From Macrostomum hystrix (taxonomy: Eukaryota; Animalia; Platyhelminthes): a stretch of 64,000 bases of DNA. Position numbers and translations under genes: made by a program. The notes beneath the pieces were generated by a model. That model saw only the letters and a list, made by a program, of their open reading frames with translations. It searched no databases and was not told the DNA's origin. The stretch lies in NCBI GenBank assembly GCA_950097015.1, contig CATNEN010000005.1, forward strand, positions 5,208,001 through 5,272,000, written 5' to 3'. Of this stretch, positions 1-12,465 are shown in pieces (positions within the stretch are counted from its first letter, which is position 1; each line of letters begins with the position of its first letter).

Positions 1-287
1 TTGTCACCTTTTCTTGTGGCTAAATTGTGCGTCATGTTAATATTTGTTGATAAAAAGCTGCTTTGCTTTGCGAATATGGGACTGCTGATCAGAGGAATTC
101 CAAGTGCGCAATGCACAATAGTTCAAGACTGGACACTTGGCACTCTATGCAGCAAATTTATTTACGCATGCAATAAAAAAGGCATCCACAAATAAAAGTG
201 CTTCTGTCTGCATCATACTACTGTGCAAGTAGCTCGTTCCGCTGGCAAATAAATCTCTGAACTGAAAGTGAAATTTAGAATCTAGAT

Positions 288-1089
288 CAGGGGTCGGCAA
301 ACTCCGGCCCGCGGGCCAGATGCGGCCCTCGAAGCTCCCAAATCCGGCCCGTTGCCCATTCTGACATCTACAGTGTCCTGTTTCATCTCTTTCGTGTCTA
401 ATCTCTCCCGTGTCTAATCTCTCCTGTGTCTAATCTCTCCCGTGTCTAATCTCCCGTGTCTAATGTCTCCCCTGTCTTACCTCTCCCGTGTCTCATCTCT
501 CCCGTGTCTCATCTCTCCCGTGTCTTATCTCTCACGTGTCTCATCTCTCCCGTGTCTCATCTCTCCCGTGTCTCATCTCTCCCGTGTCTCATCTCTCCCG
601 TGTCTCATCTCTCCCGTGTCTCATCTCTCCCGTGTATCATCTCTCCCGTGTCTCATCTCTCCCGTGTATCATCTCTCCCGTGTCTCATCTCTCCCGTGTA
701 TCATCTCTCCCGTGTCTCATCTCTCCCGTGTCCCATCTCTCACGTGTCTCATCTCTCCCGTGTCTCATCTCTCCCGTGTCTCATCTCTCCCGTGTCTCAT
801 CTCTCCCGTGTCTCATCTCTCCCGTGTCTCATCTCTCCCGTGTATCATCTCTCCCGTGTCTCATCTCTCCCGTGTATCATCTCTCCCGTGTCTCATCTCT
901 CCCGTGTCTCATCTCTCCCGTGTCTCATCTCTCCCGTGTCCCATCTCTCACGTGTCTCATCTCTCCCGTGTCTCATATCTCATATTTATCTCCCCTATCT
1001 CATATTTATACTGTCAATGCGGCCCGCTGTCGTCTTTTAGGTTCTCTCTTTGGCCCGCCAGCAAATAAGTTTGCCTATCTAATCTAATA
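288..1089 (+). mobile_element. hAT-Charlie-like non-autonomous element (MITE) carrying an internal 16-bp minisatellite
   Basis: Starts CAGGGGTCGGCAAACTCCGGCCCGCGGGCC, a MER58/Charlie-like terminus. A degenerate complementary end AGTTTGCC lies at 1068-1075. The octamer ATCTAGAT occurs on both sides (280-287 and 1090-1097), matching the NTCTAGAN target preference of Charlie elements. No transposase. Confidence 0.75.
385..1005. repeat. 16-bp minisatellite (TCTCATCTCTCCCGTG)n
   Basis: Head-to-tail array with degenerate edges; accounts for the stop-free ORFs at 442-1087. Confidence 0.97.
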
Positions 1090-3014
1090 ATCTAGATAAT
1101 ATGTTTAGCTATTTTACAAACTAGAAATAGTCGCAAAGTCTAAATAAATTTAATTTTATGAGTATAAACGCGAAATCAGCGACTCTTAATACCAATATCC
1201 GCTATAAGTCATAAATGGCTGATAAATTAGCATATTTTCAACTTTTTTCTAAACGGAATTAATGTAGCAATCGGTCTGTGAGACCACATTTTTCAAGTTA
1301 ATTCCCTTATAAGTAGTCAGCAGCGCGTTTGACGTCAGTCAGCAGAGGCGAGTGACTTCAAAGGCGAGAGGTGTGCACAGCGGTCTTCGAAGACTGGTCG
1401 ACGGCCCTCTTAGCGGGTTTGTCTCTTCATTTTTCTCTCTCTTCACTTTGATGTACTCGCCTAGTTAATTAATAAGCCGAACTTCGGTCGCTATTTAAGC
1501 CTTATTTAGTACTCGTATATTCTAGGTATTTAGATGTAGAAATACATTTTAATCCTCATAACATTGAGCGCGTTCTCAAGTGTGTTTTTGCTAAATGAAA
1601 TTTATCAGACTTCTACAATTAAAAGATGAAGAATTACGCTCGTATTTGTGAAATATTATGAAATGCCCTTCAAAGCTTAAATATTGAAAGATTCTCCCAG
1701 TCAAAAGCTCTAACCACTGCATCGGCTAAGAGGCTGCACAAATAGGAGTAATTAAAAGTTTGAATTGTGCGAAATCTCGTGATAAACGCAAACAGATAGA
1801 GCAATTCTGTGTTCTACAATACGAAACATTTTCTTTCTACATTTCATTTTTTGCTTGCCTTCACCTTTCGATTGTCACTAGGGCTGAGCATATTAGCGCA
1901 TAACAATTCGTATCATAGGCGCATCAGCGACTCGGGGAAGAGTTTAAAACGAAAGCATTTGAGAGCATGTTAATAGAATGGAAAATTCTATTGCCTAGTT
2001 ACTAATTTGAGACAGAGTAGATGTATACGGTAGCTAGGTAGAATGAAAAAAAGCACTAATTCAATTGCTTGGCCCTAAGCGCATTTTTATCTAAGCCTAA
2101 ACAAGCTCTAATCCGTTCCTTTGATCGGTTAGGTGCTGTGCAGTGTCTACCGTGTAGCTACTGATTGTTGGGATTTCTATAACTTCACTGCTGAAATTTT
2201 CCCATTTACAGTGTCCTGCCTTTCTACAGCAGGCAATTCTTGCTCACAGAAGTGCTATAAATTTGCTTTTTACTTTTTCGTAAAGTGAACACGAAAGTCC
2301 AATTATAAATACGGGAAACAAATGCATTTTTAAATTCCACTTTTTCTCATCATTTTAGTGGCTTTAAAAAAGTACAAATCTAGAGTTAGCCGAGGCCCTG
2401 ACTGTGGGATCTTGTAGCTCAGAACGGGATCGATGTAATTTATGCAGAGCACGACTGGCAATCAGTGTCACCGCGGGTTGGCCATTGTTAGACTAGTTAA
2501 TTCCGAAGGTCTCGACAGTAAGACGACTTTCCAAGAAATCCAATTAGCCAGTAAGACCTTTAGAGAACGAAATTCGAAACAAGAAAATACCCTCGTACCT
2601 TCTTTTCTTGGAACAGGTGATTAAACATTGAATGACTGACCAGACTTTGAGCAGAAAGCCAGCTCTCTAGTACATACAGCTAGACTAGTTCGTCTGAGAT
2701 ACTTTTCTTGTCCAAAATTGAATCTAACCGCTCATGGAATTTTAAAGAACAGAGTCAACTTTCTATCGAAATATGTCTCGTGTGAAATTTTCCTGGAGGG
2801 ATTACATTGGGTCTAACATTCGGTCACTAGAGATGCAGGTGTTGACTGCAAGTCAAATGCTACTGGCGTCGAGAGACGATTGCAAACTAAAATTGAGACA
2901 CGATTGCACTGCGAAATCAAGAAGTGTGAACTAAAAGCCAAATACTACAGTCTATTAAGCGACGAGAGACGATTGCAATGCGAAATTAAGAAACGACCGC
3001 ATTGTGAAAGCGGG

Positions 3015-4300
3015 GAACAACAACAAAATACGCAAGCCCCAAACGTCAGGGAGGCGGCGTCAAATGATGCGAACCGGCGAACATGGTCCGCGCCGGTGGC
3101 AGTGTCGGGCGCCCTGGCGTCGCTCAGCAGGCAGTCGATGTAGCGGCGGGTCCGAGCCTGGCCGCGCCTGAACGGGCCCTGCAGGGTGAGCAGAAGGACG
3201 TCCTGGGTGGGCTGGCGGCAGTAGCTTTCGGCCCGAATGACGTGGCCCGCTAGTCGAAGTCGTCGCTGGCGTAGGATGGTGGACGGGCGTTGCAGCTGAG
3301 CTCTCTCGTACAGAGCCTCCGTCCCGACGCTCTCGTTAGCTTGAAAGGCCGCACGGAGCAGCCCCGAGTGCGCCGAGTCTAGCTGCCGCTCCAGCGTAGC
3401 CGTCAGCGTCCACGACTCGGTGTTGTACAGCAGGACGGTCTCGATCACCGCCTGCCACAGCCGAGCCCTCTGGCGGTCAGGCAGCGCTGTGGACTGGAGG
3501 ACGGCCCGGATCGAACGGTAGGCCGCCCATGCGAGTCCTCTGCGCCGCCGGATGTCGTCTTCCACGTTGGGCACCAGACCGCCGAGGTAAGTGAAGCGCT
3601 GGCAGCGTGCGAGCGAGATGATCTGCCCGTCTGCGCCGCGGCACGTCAGGTCCGCTGGGATGTCGGCCGGCATGGTCAGCACCTCGGTCTTAAGCGTGTT
3701 GATCACTAGGCCGACGCTTGATGCCACCTCAGCCAACCTGTCAATCTGGCGCTGGGCACCTTCGACAGTCGAGGACAGGAGGGCGAGGTCGTCGGCGTAG
3801 CCAAGCACACTGAGGCACTTCTCATCGTGGCTGCGACCGATGCGTCTGCGTAGCAGGAAGCCGTCTTCAGCCGAGGGGAGCGCAGTCCGAAGCACCCAGT
3901 CCAAGAGAAGCACGAAGAGGAACGGGGCCAGCGTGTCGCCCTGCAGCACTCCTGACGAGGTGGCAAACAGGTCGGACAGGCCGTCCGCCGTAACAACAGC
4001 AGCGCGCGTGTCGCGATACAGCGACATGACAGCGGCGACTAGCTGCGCTGGGACCCGGTAGGCACGAAGGACTAGTGGAAGCGCGGCCCTCGACACCGAG
4101 TCAAACGCCTTGCGGAAGTCGACAAACACGACGATCAGCGTTGACTGGCGGATGCGCGCCTCCTCGATGACACGGCGGAGTGCGAGGATCTGGGTTACTG
4201 TACCGCGCTGTGGCCGGAACCCGTTCTGCTCGTAACGGAGGTACGGGTCCAGCACCGACTGCAGGCGATCGAGAAGCAGTCGGTTGAAAAGCTTCGCGGT
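3015..4300 (-). mobile_element. 5'-truncated non-LTR retrotransposon (RTE-like LINE), RT domain in an open frame
   Basis: ORF 2945-4255 has EQNGFR, FVDFRKAFDSV, GVLQGDTLAPFLF and YADD motifs. The frame extends upstream (TAKLFNRLLLDRLQSV) to about 4300, then breaks into unrelated sequence. A (TTG)n-like 3' tail lies at about 3015-3030. No endonuclease domain is present. Confidence 0.92.
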
Positions 4301-4708
4301 CCAGATTGCTAAGATAGCAATGTGAAATTGAGATACGATTGCAATGTGAAATTGGGATACAACTGCAATTTGAAATGAGCTGAATGAGCTGCGAATAATG
4401 AGAAGGGTGTAAGTACGAAGTAAACACAGCTAAGTTTTAAATGCTCAAATACGAAGTATCAGTTTGAGTTGAGAATTTCAAGTGTCAAACAGCTCGCAAA
4501 AAAATAAAAAAAGAATTCATGAATGAATATATATCCTCTAATACGAGCTATATTAGTGAAAACAGTGGGACATTGTGAATTTGACTTCGTGAGTCTTCAG
4601 TAAGGATCGGAGATCCTTTTGTACTGATGGTTGACTGGTTGGAGTTAAAAAAAATTGGGTCACTTGTCGCGAAGACAATTTTGAGAGAGTGAATAGTTAT
4701 TGGCGTGG

Positions 4709-7700
4709 TTACACAGCTGTGATCAACACCTCCGCAGCTACGTCCTCTTCAGCAGCAGTAGCACCTGTGGCGGCCTGGACAGACTCTGCAGTCGCCATAG
4801 TCCTGCCAATGCTGAACCTGACTGTACCATTCTGAACCTGACGATGCCACAACCGGAGCCAGATGCGACGGAGCTCGTTTCTGTAGTTCTCATTCAGCAG
4901 GCCGTATAGCACAGGATTGGCGCAGGCGGCCAGCTGTACAGACAGCAGACAGAGGCCCTGAGCAATGGTCGGCGAGAGCTGATTGGATGCTTCGTCGGCT
5001 GACTGGCTTGATGACTGAGAATGTGCAAACAGCAGCGGGCTCGAGACCTGGCGAGTTGCAAAGTGAAACTTGACATTTCGATTGAAAACATCAGGGCGCT
5101 TACACGAGCCCGAAATTTCACAATGTGAAACATTTTGAGCTTGTAAAATGCCACAGAAAAAATATTTGGCGTTCATGCGTACCTGCTATTTAAAAATAGT
5201 CAAAAGAAGCATTTTATTTATAATCAGATGGAGTGCGTTCATCCGATAATCATTTTTCTGAGTACAAACTTTTATTAATATCAACTCACTTTTTACCTCA
5301 GATGTATGAGTCTTAGCTCAGTGGTTAGAGCTTTGAACTTCTGGACGAGATGTCGGGGTTCCAATCTTGAGACCAAGAAAAGGATTTTAGGTTCGAAAAA
5401 GCCTCAACGATACAAAGTTGGATGAGGTCAGTTTTCCGTATCACCTGACAAGTGAGGGGTCAGTGGCAGAGCGGTCTAACGCGTTTGCCTCTCGCACCAA
5501 GGTCCCTGAGCTCGATTCCGCGGCGAGGCCACATTCATTTGGGGCGCAGCCGCGGAGAGAAGGCTTGGTGCAATTTACGCCAATTTACAATGAGAGTGTA
5601 CACTGCCTGGCAATGAGGCAATAAGAGAGTCAGAGCGGATGTTCGCAGCTGTGTGAGTGTGTGCTCAGGAGTCAGCGGAATGGGCGGAATTGCCTGAAGT
5701 CTCGCTGGCTGCGTCTCTACTGTCACCAAATGATGTCCCATTGTCTGCAGCCCTCCTGCAATTATTATTATTGTTACCAGACACTGATAAACATAGCGTT
5801 GCGTCCTTCAAACCTCTTGCTTCTCGCTCAGTCGCCACAGCCGCATATCTTGCAGCAGGTTGAACACCGAGAGCGGCAGCCATGCTACGCCGAACAAAGT
5901 GGCCACTCCGACCAGCAGTCGGTTGGCGCGCCTCTGACGTCGCTGCTCCCGACGTCGCCTCAACGGAGGCAGGACAGCCAATCGACGCGCGAGGCGATTT
6001 CGCACCAGGACAGCCGCGAACAGCAGGGCAGCCAGTGGCAGTGCGTACTGGGCGCACATGCAGGCGCCACTGTATGCCACTTTGAGTTCGCGAACAAACC
6101 GACCGACGGTGGCTTCGCCGCAGGCCTGACCGGAGGTTCCAGCGGCGCTGTCTAGGCGCAGCAGATCTCCGGTTAGTTCGCCGAACCAGAGCGCCGGCGA
6201 GGAGGCCGTCAGAGCCGCCAACCAGATGGTTGCTATGGCGATGCGGCTGCCCCGACCGGCAGGACCAGAGGCCGATAGCGGACGAAGGACGGCCTGGTAC
6301 GGTCGGATTTGAGGTGAAATCTTTGTAGCTGGGGCTTATCAAAGGCCTCAGAGATTCAAGGGAGTAATTATATTCATCTGAAGCTTATTTTTAGCAGAGT
6401 TTGCTGTTATTTTTCTCCTATATATTTGTTTGCTCGGCAGAGTATGATCAACAAACGCTAGTTGCCTGATATACTTCACCACAGAATAATATCACCTTTA
6501 ATACTTCAATTAGTATGTTATTACTTTCCCACTAATCGATTAAAAGAAAACTTAGAAAACGTAGGCACTAAACCCAGTTAGGCTGATGTAGAGTCTATTG
6601 TTCGGCGCATCCAAAGGCCGCGTACAGTACATGGAGGGGTTCGATACGGCTACTGCTACCATTTGAGTAACAATTACAGTAGAAAGACTCTAGGGGGGTA
6701 TTTAAACAACTCACATTATCTTTTTTTCTGTAACTCCTAATACTTAATCAATCGCCGTGAAAATGCAGAACACTCGGATTAAGATCCGAGATATTCAACG
6801 ACTCTCGTCGTGGCGTCGTGCATAATTTTTTGCATGCCAAATCACACATTATGTAATCATGTCGGCTGCTAATATTGGGTATATTTTATGAATATGCAAT
6901 GTTAGTTGTCCTTGTCACCTGAATATATCGATGATTCTGACGTCGGACAGCTTTGAAAGTAAGTTTATAGTAAATAAAGGTTGTAGCCTAGTGGTTAGGG
7001 CGTCGGACTCACGACTTGAAGGTCGGGGGTTCGATTCCCGTCTCCACTTAAAAAATTTGTGTCCTTTAGGAAGACACTAAACTCTGCATTGCTTCAGTTC
7101 ACCCAGCTGTTAAATGGGAGGATGGGTGTGGCGCCTCCCACCCAGTCCATGGACTGAACAGCTGCACGCAGCCTTCAGATGCGCCGCGCAATAGCTGCGG
7201 CTGTGCTGTCGGCTGCACATCTGACCCGATTAGGGCAGGTGTAATCAATTATTATTATTATTATCGTGTAAAATGTTGGAAGAAATGTTAAAAGGGTGGA
7301 AAATGTTGACTCATCCGATGGACTGACTTTCACGAAAATGAGTCATTCCGTTTAAAAGCTACCGTGGTATTTTCCCAGGGGGAAATAGTGTGGTATTTCT
7401 ACTGTTAAACACGTAAATCACCTACCTGTTCTATGGGTTCAACACGTTGTTCGCTTCACTCCAAAAAATATTAGAAAATTTTAGAGATTTTTTATCATTT
7501 GGGTGTGGCAAAAATGCTAGCAATGAGCTCTAAGCTGTCTTAAAACTGTACTTTTACGCGAGAAAATTTTACTGAATATTTATTGCTCGCGTTGAAAATT
7601 AATTTTTTTGACTGCATCTGAGGAGTCAAATTTTGAGCGGATTTAAATTGCTTTATTGCTTTTATTATTATTACATTTTTAATGGTTCAATGCCTGCGAA

Positions 7701-10700
7701 TTTCAAAATGCTGTCCTCATGTCCCCTTTTCTCAGAACATAAGGGTTTCCTAGATGCCGGAACTGACGTGCTGGCTAGAATGAATGCCCTCTTTGAAATT
7801 CGGGTCAGGCATTTTCAATATAATTTAAATTCATGCACTTGAAAATGCGAGTGATGCCATTCGTATGATACCGATTTTTAGGGCAATTAGAATCTAGGAT
7901 CGAAAGACGGCCAGGTGTTAGACTGACAAATGAGGTGTTAGTCTGACTAATGCGGAATTAGATAAACTAGATGAGGTGTTCGATAGACTAAATGAAGTGT
8001 TAGATTGACTAAATGAAGTGTTAGATTGACTAAATTAGGTGTTAGATTGACTAAATGAAGTGTTAGATTGACTAATGAGATGTTAGTTAGACTAATGAGG
8101 TGTTAGATTGACGAATGAGGTGTTAGTTAGACTAATGAGGTGTTAGTTAGACTAATGAGGTGTTAGATTGACGAATGAGGTGTTAGTTAGACTAATGAGG
8201 TGTTAGTTAGATTAATGAGGTGTTAGTTTGACTAATGAGGTGTTTGTTAGACTAATGAGGTGTTGGACTGACAAAAATTTTTATAGCTAGAGGCGCTAGA
8301 AGTAATTTAGAACAATAATTATAGGGCTAGACATTGAGTAGAGCATCAGATAGAACCATGGGAATGATTTCCCGCTAAGCAAGATTGCTATTTACAACGG
8401 CGAAGAACAGACGGAATGTTTTGCGGTCTTAGGGCTGGAATTTTCAAGAAAAACATCAGCGACAGCGCACAACTGAACTCAAATAAGAGTACTTAGCATT
8501 TCAGGATAAGAGCTAGCTTTCATCAGCCGAGTCTAAACAGCCTTTGCTGAACTCATTCAGTCAATCAGGGCTTTCTGAGAATCGTTCGGAATGACTTAAA
8601 CTTAGACGAATAAAAACCTGTGCAACCTAATCAATGAAAATTGCCTTGCTATGAAAATCGAGAATTTGAATAATATTAAGTTATTTTTATTAGAGGAGGG
8701 CTGCGGGCAATTACACATCATTTGGTGACACTAGACACGCAGCCAGCGAGGAGGCAATTCTGCCCATTTCGCTGACTCCTGAGCACAAAAGCACACAGGT
8801 GTGTACATCTGCCCTGACTTTCTTATGGTCAGGCAGTGTGCACTTCACTGTGCCTTGGAGGTTGGCCCTCAATGGCGTAAATTGTACGACAAGCCCCAGT
8901 CTTCTCTCCGCGGCGGCGCCCCAAACGAATGTGGCCTCGCCGCGGAATCGAGCTCAGGGACCTTGGTGCGAGAGGCGAACGCGTTAGACCGCTCTGCCAC
9001 CCACCCCCCAAGAATTTGAAAAATATTCTTTTCTACAATAGTAACTGTTGAGTCGCTGTGGGCGCTGTGTCCCTTGGGGCCATAGAATAATCTCCTCACT
9101 GATGAATTTTCATTTTTAGTAGCTATATCAATTATGGACTGTGTGGAGTTGACGGGTGAAAGGCGATATTGCCCGAACTGCAGACAATGAGCCACGCTAT
9201 GGGAAAATTCTACTTGCTCTGCATTCGAAAATTCCATTTGGGATCAGCGGGGTGTACAATTGCAACCTTTCATATAAATCAGCCAGTCAACTGATTCCTT
9301 GTGGCTGTGAATCTCTCATCTCATATCTTCTCTCGACTGTCTCATCTCTCCCGTGCCTCATCTCTCCCGCGTCTAATCTCTCCCGTGTCTTATCTATCCC
9401 CTGTAACATCCTTCCAGTCGTCTAATCTCTTGCTTGCCTAATATCTCCCGTGTCTCATCTCTCCCGTGTCTCATCTCTCCCGTGTCTCATCTCTCCCGTG
9501 TCTCATCTCTCCCGTGTCTCATCTCTCCCGTGTCTCATCTTCATCTACCTCAGTATCTCATCTCTCCCGTGTCTCATCTCTCCCGTGTCTCATCTCTCCC
9601 GTGTCTCATCTCTCCCGTGTCTCATCTCTCCCGTGTCTCATCTCTCCCGTGTCTCATCTTCATCTACCTCAGTATCTCATCTCTCCCGTGTCTCATCTCT
9701 CCCGTGTCTCATCTCTCCCGTGTCTCATCTCTCCCGTGTCTCATCTTCATCTACCTCAGTATCTCATCTCTCCCGTGTCTCATCTCTCCCGTGTCTCATC
9801 TCTCCCGTGTCTCATCTTCATCTACCTCAGTATCTCATCTCTCCCGTGTCTCATCTCTCCCGTGTCTTATCTCTCCCGTGTCTCATCTCTCCCGTGTCTC
9901 ATCTCTCCCGTGTCTCATCTTCATCTACCTCAGTATCTCATCTCTCCCGTGTCTCATCTCTCCCGTGTCTCATCTCTCCCGTGTCTCATCTTCATCTACC
10001 TCAGTATCTCATCTCTCCCGTGTCTCATCTCTCCCGTGTCTCATCTCTCCCGTGTCTCATCTTCATCTACCTCAGTATCTCATCTCTCCCGTGTCTCATC
10101 TCTCCCGTGTCTTATCTCTCCCGTGTCTCATCTCTCCCCTGTCTCATCTCTCCCGTGTCTCATCTTCATCTACCTCAGTATCTCATCTCTCCCGTGTCTC
10201 ATCTCTCCCGTGTCTTATCTCTCCCGTGTCTCATCTCTCCCGTGTCTCATCTCTCCCGTGTCTCATCTCTCCCGTGTCTCATCTTCATCTACCTCAGTAT
10301 CTCATCTCTCCCGTGTCTCATCTCTCCCGTGTCTCATCTTCATCTACCTCAGTATCTCATCTCTCCCGTGTCTCATCTCTCCCGTGTCTTATCTCTCCCG
10401 TGTCTCATCTCTCCCGTGTCTCATCTCTCCCGTGTCTCATCTTCATCTACCTCAGTATCTCATCTCTCCCGTGTCTCATCTCTCCCGTGTCTCATCTTCA
10501 TCTACCTCAGTATCTCATCTCTCCCGTGTCTCATCTCTTCCGTGCTTCATCTCTCCCGTGTCTCATCTCTCCCGTGTCTCATGTCTACGCTGTCAATTTC
10601 GCCAGCTAGTTTGGATTCTCTTTCGGCTCAAGATTTTCATATGGTCGCTGATGAAAAACATAAAAGCTGACATAAATGTTTTCATCTCATATTCCCTACT

Positions 10701-12465
10701 GACTCTTTATATAGAAGGTGTTGAATGCGGTCCAATGTATAACTATCAATCAATCCATCGTGTGCTAGGGTCGTCAGTCACCCTTTAGTCTAGGTTGAGA
10801 TCCATATGCTTCAAAATGCAGGTAATAGTACTAGTTATAATAATAGTTTTTACTGCAATACAATCTATACAGCCAATGGTCATATGTACGAGTATGTGCG
10901 TATTTCCCTTCTCAGATTTCGGATATCAAATGAAAAGCATCAGGAGGTAGGACGCTAGAGAACGACTTGTGAAGAACACACGGACTTACTAAATCGTTAG
11001 TAAGGTGTCCTTTGTACTATTAATACTAGTTCAGCAGTTCGTTTGAGAAGGACGAAGGATGGGTGTGAAAAAGATTCTGGCTTTGTACTCAAATTGTTCT
11101 CACACCCGAGGTGGCAAGGGAGGCATGCTCGCATGAGCAACATAATGAAATTACTGTTTCTGCTGAGCACCTGGGCAAACTGCAGGCCTAAATTTGATTT
11201 CAATGGGGATTCGTTTGCGCATTGCATCCCGAAGACTAGTTTGCTTTGAAGATGAAAGAAAACAGCTGCGCGTTGGACGCTTCAATCTGCGTGCCTCTGG
11301 ATTATACAGGCTAAAGAGCTTCAACAAAGCAAAAAATTTAGCTTACGCAATTCGTTCTTCGGATAACAGGTCGAAAACGTTTTGAAATCAATAATTTCTA
11401 GCTCGCATTGTAACCGTGGGGCTAGTGATAAAAACCTTAACAGCAGAACAACCAAGGGGGCATTGACAATTTTTTGTGCTGCACCCGAACAGAGCAACGC
11501 AAGCACACGAAACTCAAGAACACGGGCCAACTTTTTGCTGCGCATCTTCTGAAACAATAATCAAGTCGCCAGCTCTCCAGACCGTCAAGATATTCAATGT
11601 TTCTGGCTGAAGGTCATATCTTTTCTGTAAGCGCTAGTGTAGGTCATCTACCTTTATCTAGACGGATTTGCTGGAACAATTCGCACTAAACAGTTCAAAT
11701 TAACGATTAGGGAAAATTATGTTGACTCAAATTAGTTTATAAACAATATTTTATTACACCTGCCCCTATCAGGCCAGGTGTGCATTCGACAGCTCAGTCG
11801 CAGCTATTGCGCGGCGAATCTGAAGGCTGCGTGCCCCAGCTGATGCTGGTACCCATTTAACACCTGGGTGAACTGAAGCAATGTAGAGTTTAGTTGACTA
11901 GCTGAAAGACACAAATAGTTCTAGTGGATTCAGGAATCGAACCCTCGACCCTCAAAACAAAGATGTTTATTAAAAATTAAAGACAAAAATTCCCGAACAG
12001 CGATACCTGACAGCGATCAATAGCGATGGCCGTGACGGTGAAGGTAGAAACGAACAGGCTGACCCCAGTGAGTGCGTTGACCACCTTGCAGATGACCAGA
12101 CCCGCTTCCCAGCTGCGGTGCGGGAAAAACAGACGCCGAATGTTGCAGGGCTGGGTCACAGTGCACAGGAGGAATTCGGAGGCAGCTAGATTGGTCACCA
12201 GCCAGTCCGTAGCCGAGAATGAGTCGCCGTAGGTTGGCCGTCGTTTATGAATTCGCCTCCAACGCACGCATGCCACTAGGAGAAGCAGCATGTTGCCAAC
12301 AGTGCCAATGACAAGCAGGCAGATTAGCACAATGAGCAGTGGTTTGAGGCTGTGCAATTCTTTGATCAGTTCATTGGCAGTCTCAACCAATAGAGCTCGC
12401 ACAGCATTAGCAGACCTGGTGTCGTTTCGGCACTGATAAAATTGCAACAGGCGCTTAGGATCCAT
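4709..12465 (-). CDS. Class A GPCR, neuropeptide Y/F/PrRP-receptor-like (3 exons, about 395 aa)
   Basis: Exon 12465-12007 encodes TM1-3 (GN in TM1, NLAASE in TM2, AIAIDRCQ). Exon 6293-5814 encodes AVLRPL, TM4-6 and FGVAWLPLSVFN. Exon 4957-4709 encodes TM7 CANPVLYGLLNENYRNEL. All junctions are GT-AG and phase 0. An alternative upstream ATG lies at 12531. The ligand class is inferred from motifs only. Confidence 0.9.
5454..5772 (+). mobile_element. tRNA-derived SINE, family A
   Basis: A-box-like TGGCAGAGCGG, B-box-like GAGCTCGATTCC, shared body and (ATT)n tail. Homologous copies at 8693, 20765, 23212, 43476, 44568 and 48541. Confidence 0.8.
6979..7264 (+). mobile_element. tRNA-derived SINE, family B
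   Basis: Head TAGCCTAGTGG...GGTTCGATTCCC, central GTGTCCTT...AAGACACT...TTCACCCAGCTGTTAAATGGG block, perfect palindrome CAGTCCATGGACTG and (ATT)n tail. Other copies at 11750, 19200 and 53985. Confidence 0.82.
7912..8270. repeat. 20-bp minisatellite (GTGTTAGTTAGACTAATGAG)n
   Basis: Tandem array in GPCR intron 1, degenerate toward the left. Confidence 0.95.
8693..9008 (-). mobile_element. SINE family A copy
   Basis: Reverse-complement match to 5454-5772. Confidence 0.8.
9310..10640 (+). repeat. 16-bp minisatellite with an interspersed 23-bp variant (TCTCATCTTCATCTACCTCAGTA); remnant of the Charlie-like MITE
   Basis: Same 16-mer as at 385-1005, with about 12 copies of the 23-bp variant. A degenerate MITE 3' block lies at about 10590-10630. 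Confidence 0.93.
11750..11955 (-). mobile_element. SINE family B copy (degenerate)
   Basis: Reverse-complement match to 6979-7264. Confidence 0.75.

Noticed and set aside
442-1087. Ser/Leu/Cys-rich ORFs here and at 9434-10788, 14428-15327, 49532-50116, 50720-52008, 52815-53392 and 54812-55480
   Set aside because: All reflect stop-free minisatellites open in several frames.
1300-1520. GC-richer island that could be a promoter or LTR piece
   Set aside because: No diagnostic motif and no second copy in the window.
6979-7052. tRNA gene
   Set aside because: The acceptor stem does not pair, the anticodon position differs among copies (CAC, CAT, CAG), and each copy continues into a SINE body and tail.
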